Origin: Bacteroidota bacterium
Lineage (GTDB): Bacteria; Bacteroidota; Ignavibacteria; Kapaibacteriales; UBA2268
NCBI GenBank assembly: GCA_048267165.1
Contig: JBLWYD010000009.1
Coordinates: forward strand, 4,577-68,576
DNA: 64,000 bases
Reading direction: 5' to 3'
Made by a program: the position numbers and the translations under genes. Positions 9,222 to 19,700 of the stretch are shown here, one piece after another. Each line of letters begins with the position of its first letter. Positions within the stretch are counted from its first letter, which is position 1. Under the pieces are notes generated by a model, which saw only the letters and a program-made list of their open reading frames with translations, made no database searches and was not told the DNA's origin.

Positions 9222-9869
9222 TTAATTTTTAATAAGTTTAAAGTTGTGGTATTTATTATTTACTATCACTGTCAGGAAGTAATTCCCAGTAGGGTAATTA
9301 TGCATATCTATATGATTTTCATCAAATTGCGAATATAGTATATTGCCAGATATATCGCTAATAACTATTTCGTATTTAGTAATATCACCCATTTCTATAA
9401 ATAGTGAATTTTGGATTGGGTTGGGGTATATTCTTATTGCATCATCAGAAATTTCAACTGAAGTGATAGGAGTCACAACTACATTGAGCATATCTTGCAG
9501 CTCGCCGTCTTCTGTTTCCACTGTTATTACAGTGTTACCAGCGGAATAAGCGGTTATCAACCCATTACCATCTATCGAAGCCACGTTGTTATTGCTTGAA
9601 GACCAACTAACGGCCTTATTAGTAGCATTTTCGGGGGAGATATTATATATTACCTGATAGGTTTCTCCGTTTTTCAAAACTATATCATCTTCGGTAATTG
9701 AGACTGATATTACATTAACTACATCATTTACTATTCGTAAACTACTTATGTCTTTTAGTAAATAATTATCAGCACTACCACCATTGAGGTTAACAGTCAG
9801 TTGACTCTCCGCCGACCACAGCGAGGTACAACTTAATAATAATAAAAATTGTATAAAATATCTTTTCAT
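9222..9869 (-). CDS. Ig-like (BIG2-type) domain protein with T9SS C-terminal sorting domain
   Basis: Signal peptide. BIG2-like block NKAVSWSSSNNNVASIDGNGLITAYSAGNTVITV. C-terminal IYPNPIQNSLFIEM...GNYFLTVIV is typical of T9SS type A CTDs. Confidence 0.8.
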   Translation of the reverse strand: MKRYFIQFLLLLSCTSLWSAESQLTVNLNGGSADNYLLKDISSLRIVNDVVNVISVSITEDDIVLKNGETYQVIYNISPENATNKAVSWSSSNNNVASIDGNGLITAYSAGNTVITVETEDGELQDMLNVVVTPITSVEISDDAIRIYPNPIQNSLFIEMGDITKYEIVISDISGNILYSQFDENHIDMHNYPTGNYFLTVIVNNKYHNFKLIKN

Positions 9870-10080
9870 CTACTCTCCATTAATAATTTCATTTCCAACA
9901 TAACTCTTATAGTAATAACAAATAAGTCGAAGAATAATTACATTCAAGGTAAAACTAATTTATTCATCACATTCGGATGTAATAAATTAATACAAAACCA
10001 AATTTCCTTTTGGAAAATAATAGATATTAGCATAAGTTGTATCAGATAGTGTACTTCAACAATTATCATATTACAATATT

Positions 10081-11310
10081 GTGAAAATACTGATAAACAT
10101 ACTCCTGCTTAGTTTCTTCTTTACTGTTCAGGCAGAAAAGCAGTTTGACTTAGTGCCTATTACACTCCCTTACCCCTCACTGAAATTAGAAGATATATAC
10201 GCTTTTAGTTCGACTATACTAGTACGAAGCGGAAACAGAGTTTTCAAATCGGACGATGATGGTGCTAATTGGAAAATAGTATTCGATAGTGAAACAAGAG
10301 TTAGACAGCTATACTCGCTCGATGCCCACACTATCTTTGTAGTTGGTGACTCAGGTATGGCGTACCGCACTTTCGATTATGGAGAGAGTTGGGAAGATAT
10401 TTCCTTCGAGACTAAGGAGAACTTCACCGCAATCGCCGCTAAAAATTATGAAGACTATCTCTTGCTAAGTGAGCAAGACTATATTTTTCATAAGAGAGGT
10501 GAGGAAAGTGAGTTACTACCTATAAGAAGTAATTCGATTGTTCAACTTTACACAATTACTAATTATAATGGCAATTACTATTTTGGTGGTGGCGCTAAAA
10601 TAAGAGATTATAATTACTATGGTCAAACTAACACAGAATTTAAAATACCATATTATATCTATGATGGAAGTAATGTTATAGATAAGGGGGCTTTGGATAT
10701 CAGAGCAGCAGGTGATTTATTTGAGTTTAAAACTGATACATTAAAAATACATTCATCAAAGTATGGAATTTATCTTTCAGCAGTTAATAAAGGTAATGCT
10801 GTTAGTCTATTACTTAATGAAATAGGTCTAATCTTAAAAGAAGACAGGTTTATTTATACAGATGATTATGATGGTAATACTTTTATAATTACTAGAGAAG
10901 GTTATTTAGTAATAATGGACTTTAATTATTTTATAAACCCTACATACGCGTTTAAAATTTTATCTGATGAAGAAAAACAATACCTCACTATAACTCCTAT
11001 CAATAGTGCTTTTAGAACTGATACAAATGCATTTTTCATTGCTTCGAATGAATCTAAACTATACAAATTGAAGATTAATGAAGCTATCTCTGGGATTCAA
11101 GATAGTTTAAAACCGGGGGTAAAGTTGTTTGGAAATATGTTAGTTCTAGATAATGAATCCAAGCTTCTCAATATTTACAATTATATGGGTATTCCAGTCA
11201 ATTACGAGATTCTATCTGAGAAAGTATATAGATTACCAATGGGTCTCAATTTCATATCTTACATCCGAAATGGAAAGATAACCACAACTAAAGTATCGGT
11301 GGTCGAATGA
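10081..11310 (+). CDS. secreted BNR/Asp-box repeat protein (Ycf48/sialidase-like propeller)
   Basis: GTG start, signal peptide, Asp-boxes SDDDGANW and DYGESW. The C-terminal ~70 aa resemble a T9SS sorting domain. Confidence 0.7.
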   Translation: MKILINILLLSFFFTVQAEKQFDLVPITLPYPSLKLEDIYAFSSTILVRSGNRVFKSDDDGANWKIVFDSETRVRQLYSLDAHTIFVVGDSGMAYRTFDYGESWEDISFETKENFTAIAAKNYEDYLLLSEQDYIFHKRGEESELLPIRSNSIVQLYTITNYNGNYYFGGGAKIRDYNYYGQTNTEFKIPYYIYDGSNVIDKGALDIRAAGDLFEFKTDTLKIHSSKYGIYLSAVNKGNAVSLLLNEIGLILKEDRFIYTDDYDGNTFIITREGYLVIMDFNYFINPTYAFKILSDEEKQYLTITPINSAFRTDTNAFFIASNESKLYKLKINEAISGIQDSLKPGVKLFGNMLVLDNESKLLNIYNYMGIPVNYEILSEKVYRLPMGLNFISYIRNGKITTTKVSVVE

Positions 11311-12932
11311 GATATTTTGTAATTATATTTTTCTTAATAATGAATTCTGTTACCTACTCATTTGTTGTTCCATTTTATGATTCATTAAGAACTGAAACAG
11401 TTACTACTACTTGGACTAAAGTGGAAGACTATTCTGTTTCTAATTATAGAGTAAATCCGAACGGAGTATCTAGAGACTATAAAGGTCTATTATTCTATAA
11501 GTTCGATTACGAAGGTTTATATATAGATAAAATTAATGGGAATGTATTCCAGAGAAAATGGTTATCACATAGTTCTAGTAGGGATGCTGGTGGGTATTCG
11601 TATGGTATTGAGACAGGTAATTGGGATTTATCACCAACCGATACGAGCAATATTTTGATTGGTGAGTATGACGCTTATACAAATGGTGATAATAGAATAT
11701 TGTCCTACAAAAATGGGATAAGAGAAGTTCTTTATTCATGGGTAACATCTGGTGGTGATTACTATAGGAACCAAAATGGGCGTTATTATTTTTATGCTTT
11801 ATCTGATTACAACTTCTTATGTCAATATGATAAATCAGAAAGTCATGCTGGTGAAATTTATCATTATACTTCAACTAGAGAAGTTAACATTAATACTAAT
11901 ATAACTAATGGACTAGGATACTTAAACTTAAGCTCTATGGTCGTTAATAATGAAGGGACAAGAATCATTTCAAGTACAATTAACCAAAATCCATATATAA
12001 TCAGTCAGGAATATCTTGATACTTATAACTACTTTAAACTTGAAAATGAAACTTTAAAAAATTCCAGTAATGTTGAAATAAGAAGTGGCACTTGGTTCAA
12101 ATGCTTTATAGATGATACACTTTCAGCATATAAAAATTCAGATACTCTTATTCTTTACAATTATATTTCGAATAAGATAGAAGGCTCATACTACTTAAAG
12201 GGCACTAGTTATGTCAATGGACTTTACCAAGACTCGGTACATGGTATTTCGACATTTGTATTATCTACAACCGAAGGTAAAAAACTAATGTCAATACACC
12301 TTAGCAGTAAAAAAGTAGTGATGGATAAAGTTATTACCGCTCCATATTTCGGGAAATTCCTGACAACTCTAGCTGATGGTAGTAAACTCTCGATTGGTGA
12401 TGGTGGGTATTTGTACAAACATAATCTGAATATTCTAAATTTCGATACAGTGACTAGTAATTTCAATACAACTACTATTGCTGATAATAATATTCAGTTC
12501 TATGATGATTCCTATGGGCCAATTGTAGAATGGAATTGGGATTTCGGTGATGGTACTACATCCAAATTGACGAACCCCATCCACAAGTATGACCAATCGA
12601 AAACGTATCAAGTAACTCTGAGAGTTAAAAATGATTATGGTCGTGAACACTCGATAACTAAGGCAGTAAAAGTAGAGCAGAAACTAACACCAGCATTTGA
12701 TTTTGGTACTTTCAGCGGTTCTGTTCCGCTTAAGATTGATTTCATTAACTACTCAACACCCAATGCAGTACGTTATATCTGGAACTTTGGCGATGGGAAA
12801 TATTCTTATGAGCAAAACCCAACTCACACTTTCATGGCAACAGGTACATTCTCTGTTTCTTTAACAGTATTCGATGAGAACGGTAAGTTTCGTACTCACG
12901 TATCACAGAAGAAAGTAGTTGCAGAAGAGTAA
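11307..12932 (+). CDS. PKD domain-containing secreted protein
   Basis: ATGA overlap with the upstream ORF. Two C-terminal PKD repeats (WNWDFGDGTTS...YQVTLRVKNDYG and WNFGDGKYS...FSVSLTVFDENG). Confidence 0.8.
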   Translation: MRYFVIIFFLIMNSVTYSFVVPFYDSLRTETVTTTWTKVEDYSVSNYRVNPNGVSRDYKGLLFYKFDYEGLYIDKINGNVFQRKWLSHSSSRDAGGYSYGIETGNWDLSPTDTSNILIGEYDAYTNGDNRILSYKNGIREVLYSWVTSGGDYYRNQNGRYYFYALSDYNFLCQYDKSESHAGEIYHYTSTREVNINTNITNGLGYLNLSSMVVNNEGTRIISSTINQNPYIISQEYLDTYNYFKLENETLKNSSNVEIRSGTWFKCFIDDTLSAYKNSDTLILYNYISNKIEGSYYLKGTSYVNGLYQDSVHGISTFVLSTTEGKKLMSIHLSSKKVVMDKVITAPYFGKFLTTLADGSKLSIGDGGYLYKHNLNILNFDTVTSNFNTTTIADNNIQFYDDSYGPIVEWNWDFGDGTTSKLTNPIHKYDQSKTYQVTLRVKNDYGREHSITKAVKVEQKLTPAFDFGTFSGSVPLKIDFINYSTPNAVRYIWNFGDGKYSYEQNPTHTFMATGTFSVSLTVFDENGKFRTHVSQKKVVAEE

Positions 12933-12964
12933 TCCCCCAATAAATGCAAGTCGAATTTATTTAG

Positions 12965-12972
12965 TATATTTG
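12965..12972 (+). promoter_or_regulatory. candidate -7 box TATATTTG
   Basis: TAnnTTTG match about 31 nt upstream of the ATG at 13004. Confidence 0.4.
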
Positions 12973-13003
12973 TGGTATCAAATAACAATCAATACTATAC
13001 ATC

Positions 13004-13678
13004 ATGTGCTTTCACTATGCCTATATAGCAGATAAAATTAAAACAGGGAATCGATATGGGGTTGCAAATCCCCCAGATTTCGAATCTGTATTCCACTCCA
13101 ACGCATTTGCCAATCCGAGTATGCCTATAATCACCGCCGAAGAGCCGGACACGGTTAGTTTCTATAATTGGGGGTTAGTCCCATCATGGATAAAATCCCA
13201 AAAAGATGCTGATGATATAAGTAAGAAAACAGGGAATGCTAGGTCAGAAACTGTTTTCGAAAAACCGTCTTTCAGGAGCGCTATAAAAACTAGACGATGT
13301 ATAATACCTGCTACTGGATTTTACGAATGGAGGCACGAAGGTAAAGAAAAAATACCTCATTTCGTTACTACTTCTGATCAGGAGATATTCTCATTTGCTG
13401 GTATATACGAGCACTGGACGGATAAAAGCACGGGAGAGATACTTCACACCTATAGCATACTAACAATGGAAGCTAATGAGCTAATGGGCTATGTCCACAA
13501 TAACCGTGAGAGGATGCCGGTTATACTCAAGAAGGAAGATGAGAAATATTGGCTCTCTAATCTGAAGAGCAAAGATGAAATAGAGCAGAGTATAACTCAA
13601 TATCCATCAGATAAGATGAAATATGAAGTAATAGATGATAAAGATTTATGGGCTTGGGCTAGTAAGCGGTTTGGGTGA
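13004..13678 (+). CDS. SOS response-associated peptidase (SRAP/YedK family, abasic-site processing)
   Basis: N-terminal Met-Cys (catalytic Cys2). NARSETV...SFR...RRCIIPATGFYEW blocks are typical of SRAP proteins. Confidence 0.85.
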   Translation: MCFHYAYIADKIKTGNRYGVANPPDFESVFHSNAFANPSMPIITAEEPDTVSFYNWGLVPSWIKSQKDADDISKKTGNARSETVFEKPSFRSAIKTRRCIIPATGFYEWRHEGKEKIPHFVTTSDQEIFSFAGIYEHWTDKSTGEILHTYSILTMEANELMGYVHNNRERMPVILKKEDEKYWLSNLKSKDEIEQSITQYPSDKMKYEVIDDKDLWAWASKRFG

Positions 13679-13755
13679 TTTATTCTATAATTAACTCAAA
13701 CAAAAGAGTCTTTCGTTTGTAGAATTTAAAACCCGTAATATTTATTCAATATTAT

Positions 13756-13813
13756 GAGATTGCCGCTTCCTCATCGCTTCGCTCTGAGTCATCGCAATAA
13801 CACTGAAAGTGAG
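13756..13813. repeat. GC-enriched intergenic module
   Basis: gagattgccgcttcctcatcgcttcgctctgagtcatcgcaataac has attgc/gcaat ends. It is followed by cactgaaagtgagg, which resembles the ctga..gaaatgaa module at 7638 and 44127. Confidence 0.45.
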
Positions 13814-13864
13814 GTTTTTAGAGTTAACAAACACATTTACAGAATATTAAAAAATAGATTTATC

Positions 13865-15862
13865 TTACTTATTTCCTTGTAATGTAACAATAACTGAACG
13901 AGAATAGAACCTACCTTCTGGTAGTTTATTATCATAGATTTCGTTCTTCACTTTACCACGACCAATTGCTTTTTCAGAACTTACGTTTAAGGCCTTAGCA
14001 ACAGTCAATGCTCTATCCTGAGATAGTTTAACATTGTATTCCTCATCACCTATCATATCCGAATATCCCTCGATAGATACAATTTGTGATTTGTCTGTTA
14101 TTCTTTCTTTAACTAGGTTCAGAGTAACTTCGGCTACTGGTGGCAGTTGTGTTACATTATATCCAAATAGGATTAGATTGTATTTCTCAGTTTTAGCATC
14201 ATTTACGAACTTCTGTACAAAGCTCATTTCCGAAGAGTTCTTTTCATCAGTTAGTATCTCACCAGCGAAGCTCTTCTCTGTTCCTATACTGTCACGTACG
14301 TTAAGCTTAAAGCTAAGTGGGTTATCTTCTGTCGGCAATGCACCTAACTCTTCTAGTGGGTTCCATTCTAGTGATTCTGGAGGGGTACCAACACCTGCGA
14401 ATGTTTTCTTCACGCCATCATTATTGAATATCTGTATTTCCCAGTTAGTAAGCGGAAGTTTAGAGTCCACTTTCGGTAGCATTGTTACTTCTAGGTTTTT
14501 ATCCGTAGAGCTAGTCGTGTCAGACATTAGCTGTGGTTTGAATATAGTCCAGTCCTGAGGTACAATTTCAACTCTTCGGTTTTCAGCTCTACCAAATTCA
14601 TTATCAGTTTTTGATGGTGTTTCTGGTAAATTTCTAGCAGAGATAGTGAATCTGTCAGGATTTAGTTTCCAAGTATTCACGAAATAATCTCGTACTGTTT
14701 CTGCTCTTTTTTGTGATATTTCTTTATTGCCTTGCTCTAAATCAAAATCAGAATTACAGCCAACTAGGTCAATTTTCACTTCTGGGAACTTTTGGAAACG
14801 TTGCCCCAATATGTTCAATATATTGTGGTAACCAGAAAGAGAATTTTCAAATTTTAATTTATCCGTCTTGAATACTTCAGCTTCAGATTCCGAGATTAGA
14901 TCATATCTAGCCGGAATATTTGCGTCATTTTCTTCAAAGAATACGTAACCCAAAATCGCTTCGAATTTCAAATCTTTGTCGTACTTCACGAATATAGTAT
15001 CGCTCGAATATTCTTCGTTCAGCTTCACTTGAAAATTAGCCGCAATAGCAGATGTTGCAATAGGTACTATTATCTCTGGTTCTATTGGTTTGACTGGCTC
15101 TAGCTCTTTTACTATTGGTTTTTCTTTTAAAGAATACTTGAGTTGAACGCCCAGATTCAAAGTGCTAACAGCCCAATCTACTTCAGGGACAACATTGCCA
15201 AATCTATGAGTATAACTAATAGTTGGTGAAAGGAACATATCACTATTATTGTCCAAAGGTAAGTCGTAACTTGCACCTAAAGTAACTAATGGCAATATGC
15301 TCGTTATGTTTTCTAGAGTACCACTTTTCTCATTTCTAACGGCTTTACCATTTTCAAACGTAACGTCGTTGGGTTGTTCTAGCGTTTCTTTCTGAGACAA
15401 ATCTGCAGATAGTAAATAATTCAGACCGACACCTAGGTATCCTTTTAAGTTCTCAATCAAGACCATAGATACAGTAGGTTCAAATACTATAGATGGTAGT
15501 TTTACATCCAAATCGTGACGGATTAGACCATTACTTTTAGTTCCAAGGTTATTGTCAAATATCCCATATTCAGATTGTGAAATTAATGCCGATAAATCGC
15601 TAAAACCTAATTTCAAACCAACTTGTAATTCATCATTAATATTATAATTTGCCAAAAACCCCAAGTTCATTCCTAGTCCATCACCACTTTCGTAGTTTGG
15701 GTTGCAACAAGGGTAATTTGGTAAAGATTGGAATGAAGTCGAATATTTATTCAGACCCATACCACCGTAAATACCGATATCACCTATTTGGTCAAGTTTG
15801 CCCTGAGAAATCAGTGCAAAAGGAAGAAGGAAAGCTAATAATACTAATGTTATTTTTTTCAT
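13865..15862 (-). CDS. outer-membrane protein: N-terminal beta-barrel plus two OmpA-like peptidoglycan-binding domains
   Basis: Signal peptide and a barrel-like N-terminal ~240 aa. First OmpA-like block RAETVRDYF...GRAENRRVEIV. Second block LSQDRALTVAKAL...GRFYSRSVIVT. Confidence 0.85.
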   Translation of the reverse strand: MKKITLVLLAFLLPFALISQGKLDQIGDIGIYGGMGLNKYSTSFQSLPNYPCCNPNYESGDGLGMNLGFLANYNINDELQVGLKLGFSDLSALISQSEYGIFDNNLGTKSNGLIRHDLDVKLPSIVFEPTVSMVLIENLKGYLGVGLNYLLSADLSQKETLEQPNDVTFENGKAVRNEKSGTLENITSILPLVTLGASYDLPLDNNSDMFLSPTISYTHRFGNVVPEVDWAVSTLNLGVQLKYSLKEKPIVKELEPVKPIEPEIIVPIATSAIAANFQVKLNEEYSSDTIFVKYDKDLKFEAILGYVFFEENDANIPARYDLISESEAEVFKTDKLKFENSLSGYHNILNILGQRFQKFPEVKIDLVGCNSDFDLEQGNKEISQKRAETVRDYFVNTWKLNPDRFTISARNLPETPSKTDNEFGRAENRRVEIVPQDWTIFKPQLMSDTTSSTDKNLEVTMLPKVDSKLPLTNWEIQIFNNDGVKKTFAGVGTPPESLEWNPLEELGALPTEDNPLSFKLNVRDSIGTEKSFAGEILTDEKNSSEMSFVQKFVNDAKTEKYNLILFGYNVTQLPPVAEVTLNLVKERITDKSQIVSIEGYSDMIGDEEYNVKLSQDRALTVAKALNVSSEKAIGRGKVKNEIYDNKLPEGRFYSRSVIVTLQGNK

Positions 15863-15863
15863 A

Positions 15864-16754
15864 CTACTTCTGTATGGCTATTTTTTTAGTAAAAATCTCA
15901 TTTGGCGTAGTAAGCACTATATAGTAAACGCCTGAAGGAATGTCTGTTACGCTTTTTGTTGTGCTAAACAAACCCGACTCACTCGATAAATCATTATATA
16001 TTGCTACTACTTCACCTTTTGTATCTACTATTTCCATTTTGTTGCTACCTGATTCACGAAGCTGATAATCTATATTGATAGTAGTCATAGCAGGATTAGG
16101 GAAAGTATTTGTAATACCTGCTTCAACTGAACGTAAGATAAGTCTATATACTCCATCTATCTCACAGACTCCTTTGAGTTGGAATAGACCATTATTCGTT
16201 ACTGTTACTATGTTCTCTGTCCATTGAAAATCTTCTATAACTAAGTCAGTTGATAGTACTGCACCGAGTTTTGTTTTGAATCTCAAATTATAAAGCACTC
16301 CAGTAGAATCCGAAAATTCACCTGATATTTTAATCTTACAATCTTCATCTAGCCCACAATCAGGCATTCCATCTATTGGGTAAAGAATTGTAGAGTTGAA
16401 ACTTATAGTCGCAGTCCATTTGTGACTAGATCCGGCAAACTGTCTAGAGTTAACTAGCATAAGCGGAACGTCTATATCTACACCAGTCTCTGATTCTACT
16501 TTTGGAAGAGTTACGACTGCCGTTGCTACGGTGTCGTTTATTCCTTTATCAATCGAATACCAGAATCCGAGGCTTTTGGTATTGTTTCCGTCACCAGTTA
16601 TGCCGATGAAACTCTGACCTATAGTAGATCGGAGAATGTGATTGCCATCAGTAGTCTTATTACCACCAGAGCTTAGCACTCCTTTCTCTAATTTTGTTTG
16701 AGAGAAGAGATTTGAAAAGCTGACAAGTAGTATTATAAATATAATTTTTTTCAT
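15864..16754 (-). CDS. T9SS C-terminal-domain secreted protein (possible cohesin-like middle domain)
   Basis: The ATG at 16754 (MKKIIFIILLVSF) avoids overlap with the upstream stop at 16759. N-terminal LSSGG...TIGQSFIG...GFWY motif. C-terminal FPNPAMTTINIDY...GVYYIVLTT is a T9SS CTD. Confidence 0.8.
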   Translation of the reverse strand: MKKIIFIILLVSFSNLFSQTKLEKGVLSSGGNKTTDGNHILRSTIGQSFIGITGDGNNTKSLGFWYSIDKGINDTVATAVVTLPKVESETGVDIDVPLMLVNSRQFAGSSHKWTATISFNSTILYPIDGMPDCGLDEDCKIKISGEFSDSTGVLYNLRFKTKLGAVLSTDLVIEDFQWTENIVTVTNNGLFQLKGVCEIDGVYRLILRSVEAGITNTFPNPAMTTINIDYQLRESGSNKMEIVDTKGEVVAIYNDLSSESGLFSTTKSVTDIPSGVYYIVLTTPNEIFTKKIAIQK

Positions 16755-16758
16755 AATC

Positions 16759-19700
16759 TTAATCCATGTGGTACCATTTAGAACCATATCTAATAAAGCT
16801 AGCCGCTGTATTTGATGCTAGAACCCAGTTTGTAGCAGAACCAACAGTGATTGTTCCACCCGAAGAATTAATAACGGTCACCATAGTTCCGTTTTCAGAA
16901 CTAGGTAGCCCTATTGTTCCACCGGGGTCAGAGCTGTAAACTAATACAGATTTGCCTTTAGAAGGACTAGTAGAAGTAGAAGATTCTGTAGAACCAAATA
17001 CTAATACTCCATAATCAGAGCTACTACCAATCTTTATTCCATTGTCGCTATCACTAGTAGATGCAATATACAATTTTGTATTTGAAGTGGCAGTTTTTCC
17101 GATTCCGACATTACCATCAAAAGTTTTATTTCCAGCAAAAGTTTGTGCTGATGTAGTTACTACGCCAGATTGTGAATCTGTAGCCGCTTGCACTGTAAAT
17201 GGATTAGTCGAAGTACCAGCTCCTGTAATTGGTGCAGAGACTGTTACTGCACTTCCACTATTGAATGTAGCCCAATCTTCTTTACTCAAATATCCATCAG
17301 TTGTAGAAGTTGCCTTCGGCATAGTAATAGTCATATTAGCTGCACCTACTAGTCTGTCAGTATTATTTGATAAGATGATAGGCCCATTTGCTGAAATACT
17401 ACCTGTTGAAATGTCAATAGGGTTCGTTGCAGAACCATTTCCTTTCAACGGTGGATCAACATAAACGCTGTCTAATTTTTTCTTGAATGATAGATAGTCA
17501 ACAGAGCTAATGTATCCATCTTGAGAGCCACTTGCTTGTCTTACATCAATAGGATTAGTAGTAGAACCATCACCGAAGACGGGATCACTTGTTGCTATAG
17601 CACCAACAGTAGCGTTATAGAAAGTATTCCAATCAGCAGAACTCAAATACCCATCAGTCGTACTGTTTGCTTTAGTTATACCCAATGGAGTACCGCTAGT
17701 ACCATCACCAGTTAATGGCGCTGTTCTAGAAACAGTTGACAATTTATTATTGAATGTATTCCAATTTGCTTGTGATAAATATCCACTTGAAGATGTACTC
17801 GCTTGAGTAATAGCAATACCAACGTTTGCACCACTGACTACACTATTATTACCGTTTGAAATAGTTATAATGCCGTCACCAGTCATGCTTGATGTACGAA
17901 CAGAGAGTGGGTTACCTGAAGTTCCATTACCATTAAGTGAAGCATCAGAAACTACAGTTGAAAGCTTATTGTTAAATGTATTGAAATCAGAATTATGTAG
18001 ATAACCACTCACACTAGCAGTAGAACGTGCCATTTTAACAGGGTCGGAAATAGATCCATCACCCGTAATAGGAGCCGTCGTTGCAACAGATGAGCTATTA
18101 TTATTGAATGTTGTCCAATCAGCTGCAGATAAGTATCCATCAGTTGTAGAAGATGCTTTTGTAATACCTAGTGGTGTTCCACTAGTTCCGTCACCAGTAA
18201 GCGGCGCTGTTCTAGTAACAGAAGTTAGTTTGTTATTGAATGTACTCCAATCAGCAGAAGACAAATATCCATTTGTAAAGCTATTCGCTTTTGATAGAGT
18301 CAAAGGTTGTGAGCTTGTGCCGTTCCCTGATAATGGTGCTGATGAAGTAACATTAGTTAATTTGTTGTTAAAAGTAATCCAATCAGCAGCAATTAAATAA
18401 CCTGTTGTTGAACTAGTTGCTTGATCCAATTTTAGCGGGTTACCCGAAGTACCATCACCTGAAAAAGGAGAATTAGCAGAAACAAAGTTAAGCTTAGTAT
18501 TAAAAGTATTCCAATCCGAACTAGCAAGATATCCATTTGTAGATACATCTGCTTTTGGTAGTCTTACTCTATCAGATGAAGAACCAGTACCTAGAAGTGG
18601 AGATTGTACCCATGTAGTAGCAGTATTATTAAATCTGGACCAATCATTAGCCGTTATATATCCATCTCTAGATGCATTTGCACTTTGCATAAACAAAGGG
18701 TTCCCCGAAGTACCATTACCAAATATAGGCGATGTAGCTGAAACATTAGTTAGTTTATTATTGAAAGCCGTCCAATCAGAAGAAGCTAAATATCCATCAG
18801 TAGATGCACTAGCTTGACTCATAGTTATTGGATTGCCAGAAGTGCCGTTACCACTTATTGGAGTACTACTTGTTATTGATGATAATTTATTATTGAAAGT
18901 CGTCCAGTCTGACGATCCTAAATATCCATTTGTAGAAGCACTCGCTTGACTCATAGTTAACGGATTACCACTTGTTCCGTTTCCACTAATAGGAGCAGAA
19001 CTAGTTACATTTGATATTTTACCATTGAAAGTGTTCCAATCAGTCGAACTCAAATATCCGTTTGTAGATGTATTTGCTTGAGCTAAGCTAATAGGTGTAC
19101 CAGTAGTACCGTCACCAGTCAAAGGTGCATTCACAGCTGTTGTTGATGAGTTGTTGAACTTTGACCAATCAGTAGAACTAAGATAACCATTAGTAGAAGC
19201 ACTTGCTTGTGAGATGCTGATACTCATATCAGAGCTTCCTAATACTTTATTAGTTCCGTTTGAAACTACTATAACACCAGAGCTTACTACATTTGCTGCT
19301 GTTACACTTAAAGGATTTCCAGAAGTACCATCACCACTTATGCTAGCATCATTTGCTACGTTTGTCAGCTTACTATTGAATGAGTTCCAATCAGTAGAAC
19401 TAAGATATCCATTATTACTTGTGTTTGCTTGTGCTATGCTTACAGGAGATCCAGTTGTACCGTCACCTGTCAAAGGTGCATTCACAGCTGTTGTTGATGA
19501 GTTGTTGAATTTAGTCCAATCAGTTGAATTAAGGTAACCGTTTGTCGTAGCATTCGCTTGTGGTATGCTTAAGCTCATATCAGTTGTTCCCAATACTTTA
19601 TTTGTTCCGTTAGAAACTACTATAACACCAGAGCTAACTACATTCGCTGATAATACACTTAGTGGGCTACCACTTGTACCATTACCACTTAAACTAGCAT